A DNA stretch of 62,836 nt, filler included, from an uncultured bacterium (lineage in GTDB: Bacteria; DAOPZR01), in NCBI GenBank assembly GCA_964637655.1. It is 6 parts of 6 records of this genome, joined end to end, with 100 filler letters (N's around TTAATTAATTAA, not from the genome) between each part and the next. Parts side by side here need not be neighbours in the genome. Positions count along the whole stretch, not along the records: positions 10,615 to 21,112 come from CAZWUZ010000124.1; positions 21,213 to 31,652 come from CAZWUZ010000126.1; 4 more parts are not named here. The stretch is one strand, 5' to 3'. Of the stretch, positions 18,017 through 28,263 are shown piece by piece. The stretch's first letter is position 1. Each line of letters begins with the position of its first letter. A program made the translations under genes and the position numbers. A model generated the notes under the pieces. It saw nothing but the letters and a program-made list of their open reading frames with translations, searched no databases and was not told the origin of the DNA.

Positions 18017-20191
18017 GTGAACTTTTCACCGCTGGCGGTGCGCGGGCTGACGTTCCGGTACGCGAGTTCGCTCCTGATCTTCGCCATGCTGCTGGTGATC
18101 GCCTATTTCGCGCGGAGCGCGGTAATCGCGGGTGATCAGGACGCTGCCACGATACTCGACCGCAGCGGGCGACAGCGGATACTCAGCCAGCGGATTGCCC
18201 TGAACCTGGTGCAGCTGGTGGGGACCGCGGACCCCGCCGTGCGCAGCGAGAGCCGCCGCCAGCTGCTGGCCCTGCTCAATTCCCTGGCCCTGTCCCATGA
18301 CGCGCTGACCGGTGGTCCGCGCGGCAGCGATTTCACCGGCCGGCTCTCCGCGGGTGCCGCTGCCATCTACTTCCATGCCCCGCATCAACTGGATGCGCGG
18401 ATGCGGGAGTTCATCACCGCGGCACAGCGACTGGCCCTGCTGGACGACGCGGCGCTGAGCGCGGCCCATGCCGAGGCCGGCCGGCTGATCGCCAGTGCCG
18501 ACGGACCGCTGCTGGTCGGTCTGGAAGCGGTGGTGCGCGGCTACGAGCGGGACAGCCGGTCCAATCTCGCCCAGTTGCGCCTGACCGACGAAATCTTCCT
18601 CGTCATCGCCCTGCTGCTGCTGCTGTTTATCGGCCTGTTTGTCTTCCGGCCGCTGGCCGCAGCCATCAGCGCGGAAACCGGCCGCCTGTGCACGGCGCAG
18701 ACCGAACTGGCCGGGATCATCGAGACGGTGGCCGAAGCGATCATTGTCTTCGATGCTGACGGGATTATCCGCCGGGCCAACGGCGCGGCCGAGCGGCTCT
18801 GGGGCAGTGTGCCGGGCGGCCTGCTGGGCACAACCTTTTCCGGACTGCTGGCGGAGCAGCCCAACCCGGCAATCAAGACCGACGCCTCCGCCGCCGGACA
18901 GCCGCTGGAAATGTCCGGGCAGCGCTGCGATGGCAGCGTGTTCCCGCTCGAGGCGACCTTCGCCCGCAGTCGCATCGGTGCCCGCGAGTTGACGGTGGTG
19001 GTGGGCGTCGACCTGACCGCCCGCCGCCGCGCCGCCGACGCCGAGCGCCTGCAGGCCGCGGCACTCAATGCCGCCGCCAACTCGATCATGATCACCATGG
19101 CCAGCGGCACCATTACCTGGGTCAACCCCGCGTTCACCGGCATGACCGGCTACACCACCGGCGAGGCGGTCAACCGGACGCCGCGCCTGCTCAGCTCGGG
19201 CAGGCAGGACCCCGCGTTTTACACCGCCATGCGGACGACCATCGACCGGGGCGAGGTCTGGAACGGCGAACTGGTCAACCGCCGCAAGAGCGGCACCCTG
19301 TATACCGCTGACATGACCATCGCGCCGGTCCGCGACACCACCGGCATCATCACTCATTTCGTAACCATCTGCCAGGATATCACCGGGCGCAAGCAGACCG
19401 AACTGCGTCTCCGGGAATATGCCAACGCCCTGGAAGTGAACGCGGCACGGCTCGATCAGGCCCTGGAAAAGAGCCAGCAGGCGACCGTGGCCAAGAGCCA
19501 GTTCCTGGCGACGATGAGCCACGAGCTGCGCACCCCGCTCAACGCGGTCATTGCGTTTGCCGGCCTGCTGCTCAAGAACCGGCGGCAGCATTTCATCGCC
19601 ACCGAACTCGATTATCTCGAACGGATCCGCAAGAACGGCAACCACCTGCTGGGCCTGATCAACGGGGTGCTGGATCTCTCCAAGATCGAGGCGGGCAAAC
19701 TCGAAGCCCAGTTCGAGCCGGTGGACCTGGCCGGACTGGTGCGCGAAGTGGCCAGTCAGCTTGAAGCATCGGCTAAACTCAAGGGGCTCACGCTGCAGGC
19801 CGAACTGCCGGACGCCATGGCCCCGCTGACCACCGATGGCCCCAAACTCAAACAGGTGCTGATCAATCTGGTCGGCAATGCCCTGAAGTTCACCGGGCAG
19901 GGCGGCATCACCATCACCGTCGCCGGCGGCACCGGCGGGCAGCCGCAGCAGCTCGCGGTCAGCGACACCGGCATCGGCATCCCCGCTGACAAACTGGTGC
20001 AGATTTTCGCCGCCTTCCAGCAGGCCGACACCAGCACGACCCGCCGTTTCGGCGGGACCGGGCTCGGCCTGGCCATTTTGCAGCAGTTATGCCAGTTGCT
20101 GGGCTACGATTTGCGCGTGACGAGCCGGCTGCAGCATGGTTCGACCTTCACCGTCGATTTCGCCCCGGTGGCGCTGGTGGCCAATGGCTGA
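18017..20191 (+). CDS. Membrane sensor histidine kinase with PilJ/NarX-like periplasmic domain and two PAS domains
   Basis: TM-ILDRSGRQRILSQRIA-TM; two PAS/PAC domains; H-box MSHELRTPLN, N-box NLVGNALKFT, DTGIGI, GGTGLGL. Confidence 0.92.
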   Translation: MNFSPLAVRGLTFRYASSLLIFAMLLVIAYFARSAVIAGDQDAATILDRSGRQRILSQRIALNLVQLVGTADPAVRSESRRQLLALLNSLALSHDALTGGPRGSDFTGRLSAGAAAIYFHAPHQLDARMREFITAAQRLALLDDAALSAAHAEAGRLIASADGPLLVGLEAVVRGYERDSRSNLAQLRLTDEIFLVIALLLLLFIGLFVFRPLAAAISAETGRLCTAQTELAGIIETVAEAIIVFDADGIIRRANGAAERLWGSVPGGLLGTTFSGLLAEQPNPAIKTDASAAGQPLEMSGQRCDGSVFPLEATFARSRIGARELTVVVGVDLTARRRAADAERLQAAALNAAANSIMITMASGTITWVNPAFTGMTGYTTGEAVNRTPRLLSSGRQDPAFYTAMRTTIDRGEVWNGELVNRRKSGTLYTADMTIAPVRDTTGIITHFVTICQDITGRKQTELRLREYANALEVNAARLDQALEKSQQATVAKSQFLATMSHELRTPLNAVIAFAGLLLKNRRQHFIATELDYLERIRKNGNHLLGLINGVLDLSKIEAGKLEAQFEPVDLAGLVREVASQLEASAKLKGLTLQAELPDAMAPLTTDGPKLKQVLINLVGNALKFTGQGGITITVAGGTGGQPQQLAVSDTGIGIPADKLVQIFAAFQQADTSTTRRFGGTGLGLAILQQLCQLLGYDLRVTSRLQHGSTFTVDFAPVALVANG

Positions 20192-21112
20192 ACTGGACGA
20201 TTTCGCCGCCACCTACCGCGAACAGATGCCGGGCAAGTATGAAGCGGTCCGGCTCGCCGCGCTGAACCTGGCGGCAGCTCCGGCGGAGGCGACCGGCTCA
20301 CTGCACCGGCTCGCCCACTCGCTCACGGGCACGGTCGGCAACTTCGGCTACCCGCAGGTAAATGCGCGCGCCGCCGGGGTCCTGGCGGCCAGTCCGCACG
20401 AACTGCCGGCGGCTGCCGCCGCGCTGCTCGCCGCTCTCGCTGAAGTCGTTGCCGGCGGGGTCAGGCCCGACACCACCATCCTGCTGATCGACGATGACGA
20501 GGATTTCCGGATCCTGCTCGCGGCGGTACTGGCCGGCGCCGGGCGCCTGATCATCGAAGCGGAAAACGGCACGGTCGCGCTGCAGCGGCTGTCTGAACAG
20601 CCGGTGGCGCTGGTGGTACTCGACCTGACGCTCGGCGACACCGACGGGCGCAACCTGCTGATCAAACTGCGCGAGAACCCGCGTACGGCGACCACCCCGG
20701 TGATCGTGGTGTCCGGCAGGTTCACCGAGGCGATCAAGGCGGAATGCTACGCGCTGGGCGCCGACGGCTACTTTGAAAAGCCGTTCGCCCCGGAAGTGCT
20801 GGCCGCCGCCGTCACCGCCCGGCTCGACAATTCGCGGCGCCTGGCCCGCGAAGCGCGCAGCGACGCGCTGACCGGCCTGCCCAACCGGGCCGCGTTCATC
20901 GAGGCCTTTGCCCGGGCGCATGCCCACGCGCGGCGGAGCGGCCGGCCGCTGGCGGTCGTTATTCTCGACCTCGACAAATTCAAGACCATCAACGACACCT
21001 ACGGCCATGCCGTCGGTGACGAGGTGCTGCGCCGGTTGGCATGCGTGCTGCCCGGCACCCTCCGGCAGACCGACTTCCTCGCGCGCTGGGGTGGCGAGGA
21101 ATTCGTCCTGCT
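20184..21112 (+). CDS. Hpt-REC-GGDEF diguanylate cyclase (3' end truncated)
   Basis: LHRLAHSLTG (Hpt His); LLIDDD...VLDL...KPF receiver; DALTGLPNR, DLDKFKTINDTYGH, RQTD I-site, GGEEF. Confidence 0.92.
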
Positions 21113-21212
21113 NNNNNNNNNNNNNNNNNNNNNNNNNNNNNNNNNNNNNNNNNNNNTTAATTAATTAANNNNNNNNNNNNNNNNNNNNNNNNNNNNNNNN
21201 NNNNNNNNNNNN
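21113..21212. other. Artificial contig linker
   Basis: N44-TTAATTAATTAA-N44. Confidence 0.99.
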
Positions 21213-22999
21213 TACTGGGCGAGGGCAGGTCCCTGACCCACTACGTGCATCCGGGCGCAGCCCGCGGCTGGCTGCTGCTCGACCCGCTGGCGGCGCTTTT
21301 CCTTGTGCTCATCTTCGCGCTCGGGGCGCTGGCCGCGGTCTATGGCGCCGCCTACTGGCGGCACGAGGCGTCGGCGCGCCCCGCGGGCGCGGGCTGGTTC
21401 TGGTGCAACCTGCTCATTGCCGCGATGGCACTGGTGGTGACGGCAGCGGACGGCATCCTGCTGCTGGTCGGCTGGGAACTGATGACCTTTGCCTCGTTCT
21501 TTCTCGTCACGCATGAGCGCACTGACGATGCCGCCCGGGCGGCTGGCTGGCTCTATCTGACCGCGGCGCAGTTCGGTGCCGCATTCCTTATCGCGCTCTT
21601 CTGCCTGGGCGGATTCTCCTTCGCGTCATTCGACGCGGGCGACCGGGCCGGGTTGCTCTTTCTGCTCGCGCTCGCCGGGTTCGGCACCAAGGCGGGCATT
21701 GTCCCGCTGCATGTCTGGCTCCCCGAGGCGCACCCGGCCGCGCCCAGCCATGTCTCGGCACTGATGTCGGGGGTGATGATCAAGACGGGCATTTACGGCA
21801 TCCTGCGCCTGCTGACGCTGCTCCCCGTGCCCGCCCCGTGGTGGGGCTGGACGCTGCTGGTGCTCGGACTGCTTTCCGGGTTGTACGGCATCATGCTGGC
21901 GCTGGCCCAGGACGACCTCAAGCGCTTTCTGGCCTGCAGCAGCATCGAAAACATCGGCATCATCGTCACCGGCCTCGGACTGGGCGTGCTCGGGCAGGCA
22001 TACGGATTGCCGCTGCTCGCGGCGCTCGGGTTTGCCGGCGCGCTGCTGCATTGCGTCAACCACGCGCTGGCCAAGGCCCTGCTCTTTTTCGGCGCCGGCG
22101 CGGTGCTGCATGCGACGGGGACGCGGTCGATGCACCGGCTGGGCGGCCTGCTCAAGGCGCTGCCGTGGACGGGTGCGACCTTTGCCGCCGGCGCCCTGGC
22201 CCTGTCGGGCCTGCCGCCGCTCAATGTCTTTGCCGGCGAATTCGTCATCTACCTTGCCGCCCTGCAGGCGGGGATGGCGCCGACGGCGGTGGCCGGTGCA
22301 GGGGTGGCGGTGCTGGTCGGCCTCGCCCTGACTGGCGGCCTGGCGGCGGCGGGGTTCACCATGGTCTTCGGCAGCGTCTTTCTCGGGTCGCCACGGCAGG
22401 AGCAGCGCGCGCATGAGGTGGCGTACGGGATGCGGTTCACCATGGCGGTGCTCGCACTCTGTTGCCTGCTGTTCGGGGGGATGGCGCCGCTGGTGCTCTG
22501 GCAGCTGGCGCCGGTACTCGGGGTGGTGGCCGGCCCGGCGGCAGCGGCGCGCGCGCTGGCGACGGCGAGCATTCCGCTGCTGCACCTGACGCTGCTCGCG
22601 GCCATCCTGCTGCTGGGTGCGGGCGCGCTTGCCTGGTGTGTGCGGCGCATGCTGGCGCGACGCAGCGTGCGCGTGGCGCTCACCTGGGACTGCGGCTACA
22701 CGCGCCCGGCGGCCCGCATGCAGTATACGCCCGGGTCGTTCACGCAGCCGCTGACCGCGATGCTGGCGCCGGTGCTCGGACGCACCGTGACGGGTGAAGC
22801 GGTGCGCGGCCTGTTTCCCGCGCACGCCGCGCGGCACACGCAGTCGTCAGACGTGTGGCTGACGCGGCTGTATGCGCCGCTGTTCAGCGCGTTCGAGCAA
22901 CCCTTCGAACTGGTGCGGCGCCTGCAGCAGGGGCGGGTGCAGCTCTACATCCTCTACATGGTCATCGCGCTGGTGGCGCTGCTGCTGTGGAAACTCTGA
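21213..22999 (+). CDS. HyfB/NuoL-like proton-translocating membrane subunit of an Ehr complex (5' end truncated)
   Basis: WELMT, GFGTKAGIVPLHVWLPEAHPAAPSHVSALMSG, KRFLACSSIENIG, TWDCGY...RMQYT. Confidence 0.9.
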
Positions 23000-23901
23000 C
23001 CCGGCTGCTGTATGCGCTGCTGCCGCTGCTGCTGGCGCCCCTGCTCACCGGTAGTATCAACCGCACCAAGGCGGTGTTCGCCGGGCGCAATGGACAGCCG
23101 CTGCTGCAATCCTACTACGACATTCTGAAACTGCTGCGCAAGGGCGCGGTCTACAGCGGCACCACCACCTGGGTCTTCCGCGCGGGGCCGGTCGTCGCGC
23201 TGGCCGCGGTGGCGACGGCCTCGCTGCTCGTCCCGTTCGGCGGCAGTGCCGCCCCGGTCGCCTGTGCCGGCGACTTCATCCTGCTCGCGTATCTGCTCGG
23301 ACTGGCGCGCTGGGTGACCACGAACGCCGCGCTCGATACCGGTTCCGCGTTCTGCGGCATGGGGGCGAGCCGCGAAGTGCAGTTCGCGGCGCTGGCGGAA
23401 CCGGCGCTGCTGCTCGGACTGGGCGCGGTGGCGTGGCAGACCCGCCACCTGTCACTTTCGGAGATGTACGGCAGCATGACGGCCGCGGCGTGGTGGCAGC
23501 AGGGGCCGGCGCTGCTGATGGTGGCGGCGGCGCTGGCGGTGGTGGTGCTGGTCGAAAACGCGCGCATCCCGTTTGACGACCCGAACACGCACCTCGAGCT
23601 GACGATGATTCACGAGGTGATGGTGCTCGATCATGGCGGTCCCGACTTCGCGCTGGTACAGTACGGCGCGGCGCTCAAACTGTGGGTGACGTCGGCGCTG
23701 GTGGTCGGACTGCTGCTGCCGGTACAGACGGGCAGCGCGGCGCTCGACCTGCTCATCGCGCTGGCGGGGATGGCGGCGCTGGCCATCGCCATCGGCGTGG
23801 TCGAATCGGTCATGGCGCGCGTGCGTCTGCTGCGCGTACCGCAACTCCTCGCGGGGGCCGGGGCGCTGTCGTTTCTCGCCCTGCTCCTGGTGCAGCACTG
23901 A
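22987..23901 (+). CDS. HyfC/HycD (NuoH-like) membrane subunit
   Basis: GRNGQPLLQSYYDILKLLRK, GASRE, ENARIPFDDPNTHLELTMIHE; GTG start overlapping the upstream stop. Confidence 0.9.
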   Translation: METLTRLLYALLPLLLAPLLTGSINRTKAVFAGRNGQPLLQSYYDILKLLRKGAVYSGTTTWVFRAGPVVALAAVATASLLVPFGGSAAPVACAGDFILLAYLLGLARWVTTNAALDTGSAFCGMGASREVQFAALAEPALLLGLGAVAWQTRHLSLSEMYGSMTAAAWWQQGPALLMVAAALAVVVLVENARIPFDDPNTHLELTMIHEVMVLDHGGPDFALVQYGAALKLWVTSALVVGLLLPVQTGSAALDLLIALAGMAALAIAIGVVESVMARVRLLRVPQLLAGAGALSFLALLLVQH

Positions 23902-23902
23902 C

Positions 23903-24565
23903 ATGACCGCCTGGATCGACGCCACCACCGTCGCGGTGATGCTGCTGACGCTGGCGGTGCTCGGCGCCAGCCGGCTGCGGCATGTCAACCGCCTTATCGC
24001 CGCGCAGGGGATCACGGTCAGCATCCTGCCGCTGCTGGCGCATGCGGAGAGCATCCCGCTGCGCGCGGCCCTGCTCGCGGCGTTCACCATCGCGCTCAAG
24101 GGGTGGGCCTTCCCGCGCCTGATCGACCGCGCTATCCTGCAGAGCGGGACGAAACGCGAGATGCAGCCGTTCATCGGGCTTACCGCCTCGACGCTGGCCG
24201 GGCTGGCGCTGCTCGCTGCCGCCTTCTGGCTGGGGAGCCGCCTGACCCTTCCCTTCCCGGCGGCCTCGGCGCGCGTGGTTCCGGCGGCGCTCTTCATCAT
24301 TTTTGCCGGCCTGCTGCTGATCGTTTCGCGCCGCACCGCTATCGCCCAGGTGCTGGGTTACCTGCTGATGGAGAACGGCATCTACGTGTTCGGCATCGCC
24401 GCGGTGCCGCACCAGGAGTTTCTCGTCGAGGTGGGCATGCTGCTCGATATTTTTGTCGGGGTCTTCATCTTCGGCATTACGATCTTCCGCATCAGCCGCG
24501 AGTTCGATCATATCGAGACGGACCGCATGCACCTGCTGCGCGACCGCGCGCGGAGCTGGCACTAG
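23903..24565 (+). CDS. HyfE-like membrane subunit
   Basis: Hydrophobic; QVLGYLLMENGI, VEVGMLLDIFV; position in the operon. Confidence 0.87.
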   Translation: MTAWIDATTVAVMLLTLAVLGASRLRHVNRLIAAQGITVSILPLLAHAESIPLRAALLAAFTIALKGWAFPRLIDRAILQSGTKREMQPFIGLTASTLAGLALLAAAFWLGSRLTLPFPAASARVVPAALFIIFAGLLLIVSRRTAIAQVLGYLLMENGIYVFGIAAVPHQEFLVEVGMLLDIFVGVFIFGITIFRISREFDHIETDRMHLLRDRARSWH

Positions 24566-25969
24566 ATGCTTGCCGCGCTGCTGCTCCTGCCGACCCTCGC
24601 GGGGCTTGCCTGTTTCGCGCTGCCGCGCCGCCGCGCGCTGCTGTTGCTGGTGGCGGTGGCGCCGGTGCACCTGCTGCTGGCGCTGCTGCTGCCGGTTGCA
24701 ATCCCGCGGCCGGAACAATGGCTGGCCGGCGACGCGCCGGGCAAACTCTTCCTGGTCATCGCCTCGCTGCTCTTCACCGCGGCTGCCTGCTATACCATCG
24801 CCTACCTGCGGCGGGTGGAGGATGAGCAGGAGGAGCCGGCCCCGCTGTTCATCGGTTGTCTGCTGCTCTTCCTCGCGGCGATGACGCTGGCGACGCTCAG
24901 CCAGCACCTCGGGCTGTTCTGGGTGGCCATCGAGGCGACGACACTGGCCAGCGCGCCGCTCATCTACTTCCACCGCTCGGCCCGCTCGCTCGAAGCAACG
25001 TGGAAATATCTGCTCATCTGCTCGGTGGGTATCGCCCTCGCCCTGCTTGGCGTCTTTTTCCTGGCCGTGGCGTTCGGCGGCGAGGCGACGCTGACGCCGA
25101 CGGCGCTGCAACTGGCGACGGCACAACCCGAGTGGCTCAAGGCGGCCTTCATCCTCTTCCTCATCGGGTTCGGCACCAAAGCGGGACTGGCGCCGCTGCA
25201 TAACTGGCTGCCGGACGCGCACAGCGAGGCGCCGGCCGGGGTCTCAGCGCTCCTCTCCGGGGCGCTGCTCAACTGCGCGCTGCTCGGCATCCTGCGGGTG
25301 CACGACCTCTGCGGCAGTGCCGGACTGGGGGCGTTTTCCGGCGACCTGCTGGTGCTGCTCGGCCTGCTGTCGCTGGCGGTGGCCGCCGTCTTTCTCGTCC
25401 GCCAGGCGGAATACAAGCGCCTGCTTGCCTATTCCAGCGTCGAGCATATCGGGCTGATCGCGCTGGGGACCGGAGCGACGGGGACGCCGGGGGGGGCAGC
25501 GCTGCTGCACGCGGTCAACCACTCATGCACCAAGGGGGCGCTGTTCTTCCTCGCGGGGAACATCCTCTACGTGATGCGCACGCGGCGCACCGACCAGGTC
25601 AGCGGGCTGCTGCGCGCGCTGCCGGTCAGCGGCATCCTCTGGTGTGCCGGTTTCCTCTCGCTCATCGGCGTGCCCCCGTTCGGCACGTTCTTTACCAAGC
25701 TCGGCATCCTCATCGCCCTGTTCCGCTACAGCCCGGTGGCCGGGGGTATCGCGCTGCTGCTGCTGGCGGTCATCGGCATCGCCATGGCGGACATCTTCCT
25801 GCGCATGTGTTTCGGGCGTCCGCAGACCGCGACCGTCACGGCGGGCGAACCGCGCACCTCGGTCTGGCCCGCGCTCATGCTGCTCGGTATCGTCCTGCTC
25901 ATGGGCCTGCTGCCGCCGGACACGCTGCCGCGCCTGCTGGGACTGCCGTTGACGTGGGGGATATTCTGA
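24566..25969 (+). CDS. HyfF-like proton-translocating membrane subunit
   Basis: WVAIEATTLASAPLI, EATWKYL, GTKAGLAPLHNWLPDAHSEAP, KRLLAYSSVEH. Confidence 0.9.
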   Translation: MLAALLLLPTLAGLACFALPRRRALLLLVAVAPVHLLLALLLPVAIPRPEQWLAGDAPGKLFLVIASLLFTAAACYTIAYLRRVEDEQEEPAPLFIGCLLLFLAAMTLATLSQHLGLFWVAIEATTLASAPLIYFHRSARSLEATWKYLLICSVGIALALLGVFFLAVAFGGEATLTPTALQLATAQPEWLKAAFILFLIGFGTKAGLAPLHNWLPDAHSEAPAGVSALLSGALLNCALLGILRVHDLCGSAGLGAFSGDLLVLLGLLSLAVAAVFLVRQAEYKRLLAYSSVEHIGLIALGTGATGTPGGAALLHAVNHSCTKGALFFLAGNILYVMRTRRTDQVSGLLRALPVSGILWCAGFLSLIGVPPFGTFFTKLGILIALFRYSPVAGGIALLLLAVIGIAMADIFLRMCFGRPQTATVTAGEPRTSVWPALMLLGIVLLMGLLPPDTLPRLLGLPLTWGIF

Positions 25970-27429
25970 TGCTGAATCTCGCCCCCGGTACCGCCGGCAG
26001 CCGCTGCGACATTCCCGTCGTGCCGCCGCCGGTATTCCGCCGCACGGTCATCGACGCGGTCAATGGCGGCATGCGCCTGTGCGCGCTGCCGGCGGAAGCG
26101 CTGGATGACGGCGCGGTACGCGTCTGGGCGGTGCTGGCGGATGCCGAGACGGCGGAGGTCAACCTCCTCGGCACGGAAGTGCGCGGGCGTTATGAGGCAC
26201 TGACGCCCGACTGTCCCGCGGCGCATATGTTCGAACGGGAACTCTACGAGGATACGGGCATCGTTCCGGAAGGTCACCCGTGGCTCAAGCCGGTGCGCGC
26301 GCCGCGCGGCGTTGCCGGGGAGACGGAATTCTTCCGCGTGACGGGCGAGCAGGTGCATGAAGTGGCGGTCGGGCCGGTGCATGCGGGGATCATCGAACCG
26401 GGGCATTTCCGTTTCCAGTGCGACGGTGAGGAGGTCATGCACCTCGAGATCGCGCTTGGCTACCAGCATCGTGGTATCGCGCGCGCGCTGCGCGGCGGCC
26501 CGACCCGGCGCAGCATCCATTACCTGGAAACCATGGCCGGGGACACGACCATCGGGCATACGCTGGCGTACGCGCAACTACTGGAGGCGCTGACCGGGTG
26601 TCAGGTGCCGGCCGGTGCCGATGTGCTGCGCGGCATCATGCTCGAACTGGAACGTTTAGCCAATCATACCGGCGACCTCGGGGCGCTGGCGGGGGATGTG
26701 GGTTTCCTGCCGACGTCCTCCTACTGCGGCCGCATCCGCGGCGATTTTCTCAACATGACCGCACTGCTGTGCGGCAACCGCTTCGGGCGCGGGATGGTGC
26801 GCCCCGGCGGCACGGCGTACGGTATCGAGCCGGAACGGGCAGAGGAGCTGCTGCGGCGGATCAACGCCGGGGAGCGCGATACCACTTCGGCGGTGGAACT
26901 GCTCTGGCATGCCACCTCGGTCATGGCGCGTTTCGATGGTACCGGCACGCTGACCCGCGAACAGGCACTGGCGCTCGGGCTGTCGGGCGTGGCGGCGCGC
27001 GCCTGCGGACTCGAGCAGGATATGCGGAGCGAATTTCCTGCGGGGGTGTACCGTTTCGCGCAGGTGCCGCTGTCGACCTGGGACACGGGCGACGTCTTCG
27101 CCCGCGCCTACGTGCGGTGGCTGGAAATACAGCAGTCGCTGGCGTTCATCCGCACCGAGGTGCAGCGCCTGCCGGAAGGCCCGGTCCGTGTTCCCTGCGG
27201 CGAACGGAAGAAGGATGCCGTGGCGGTGGCGCTGGTGGAAGGGTGGCGCGGCCGCATCTGCCATTGCGTGCTGACCGACGCGGAGGGCAACTTCCGCACC
27301 TACGCGGCAGTCGACCCGTCGGTACAGAACTGGACGGGGCTCGCGCTGGCCCTGCGCGGCGAACAGATTTCCGATTTTCCGCTCTGCAACAAGAGTTTCA
27401 ACCTCTCCTATTGCGGATTCGACCGGTGA
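25969..27429 (+). CDS. Ehr large subunit (HyfG/HycE-like NuoCD fold lacking Ni-binding cysteines)
   Basis: FERE, VGPVHAGIIEPGHFRF, GYQHRG, ELERLANH, EGWRG, DFPLCNKSFNLSYCG; ETMAGDT replaces the RxCGxC motif. Confidence 0.88.
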   Translation: MLNLAPGTAGSRCDIPVVPPPVFRRTVIDAVNGGMRLCALPAEALDDGAVRVWAVLADAETAEVNLLGTEVRGRYEALTPDCPAAHMFERELYEDTGIVPEGHPWLKPVRAPRGVAGETEFFRVTGEQVHEVAVGPVHAGIIEPGHFRFQCDGEEVMHLEIALGYQHRGIARALRGGPTRRSIHYLETMAGDTTIGHTLAYAQLLEALTGCQVPAGADVLRGIMLELERLANHTGDLGALAGDVGFLPTSSYCGRIRGDFLNMTALLCGNRFGRGMVRPGGTAYGIEPERAEELLRRINAGERDTTSAVELLWHATSVMARFDGTGTLTREQALALGLSGVAARACGLEQDMRSEFPAGVYRFAQVPLSTWDTGDVFARAYVRWLEIQQSLAFIRTEVQRLPEGPVRVPCGERKKDAVAVALVEGWRGRICHCVLTDAEGNFRTYAAVDPSVQNWTGLALALRGEQISDFPLCNKSFNLSYCGFDR

Positions 27430-27436
27430 GGAGACC

Positions 27437-28195
27437 ATGCTGAGGATACTCGCCGCGCGCTGGTGGCAGCGTCACCGTACCATTGCCTTTCCGCAAGGGG
27501 ACCTGCCGGTGCTGCCGGACCGCTACCGCGGCCGTCCGGTGGTCGACGTGACAAAATGCGGGGCGGGATGCCCGGAGTGCAGCAGCATCTGCCCGACCGG
27601 TGCGCTGCAAATGCAGGGCGACGCTCCCCATCTCGATCTGGGACGGTGCCTTTTCTGCGGCGCCTGCGCCGCCGCCTGTCCCAACGGCGCGATCAGTTTC
27701 ACGCGCGATTTCCAGCTGGCGGCGCGCACGCGCGGCGATTTGCAGGTGCGCGACGCGACCTGCCGCTGCGCCGAAGCGCTCGACCGCCGGGCGCGGCAGC
27801 TCTTCGGGCATTCACTGAAACTGCGGCAGGTGAGCGCGGGCGGCTGCAATGCGTGCGAAGCGGACTGCAACGTGCTCACCACGGTGGTCTTCGATCTCGG
27901 GCAGTTCGGCATCCAGTTTGTCGCTTCGCCGCGGCATGCAGACGGGGTGCTGGTGACCGGGCCGGTGACGGAGAACATGCGGCTCGCCCTGCTGAAGACG
28001 TATGCAGCGATTCCCGACCCGCGGCTGGTGATTGCGGTGGGCAGCTGTGCCATCAGCGGCGGGACGTTTCGCGATCACCCGGAACAGCATAACGGGGTTG
28101 ACGGGCTGCTGCCGGTCGACCTCTACGTCCCCGGCTGCCCGCCGCATCCGCTGACTATTCTCGACGGCCTGCTGCGCCTGCTCGGTCGCCGCTGA
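27437..28195 (+). CDS. Ehr small subunit: 2x[4Fe-4S] ferredoxin fused to a NuoB/HycG-like domain
   Basis: CGAGCPECSSICP, CLFCGACAAACP; GGCNACE, SPRHAD, GSCA, PGCPP. Confidence 0.9.
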   Translation: MLRILAARWWQRHRTIAFPQGDLPVLPDRYRGRPVVDVTKCGAGCPECSSICPTGALQMQGDAPHLDLGRCLFCGACAAACPNGAISFTRDFQLAARTRGDLQVRDATCRCAEALDRRARQLFGHSLKLRQVSAGGCNACEADCNVLTTVVFDLGQFGIQFVASPRHADGVLVTGPVTENMRLALLKTYAAIPDPRLVIAVGSCAISGGTFRDHPEQHNGVDGLLPVDLYVPGCPPHPLTILDGLLRLLGRR

Positions 28196-28204
28196 AGCAG
28201 CTGC

Positions 28205-28233
28205 TTGACGGGGATGCCGGACGGGCGTATACT
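28205..28233 (+). promoter_or_regulatory. Sigma70-type promoter of the beta-barrel gene
   Basis: TTGACG-17 nt-TATACT. Confidence 0.75.
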
Positions 28234-28263
28234 GCCGCCACTTTATCGACGGGGAGGACAAGC

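Noticed and set aside
25969-27429. [NiFe] hydrogenase-4 / formate hydrogenlyase large subunit
   Set aside because: Both Ni-binding CxxC motifs are missing.
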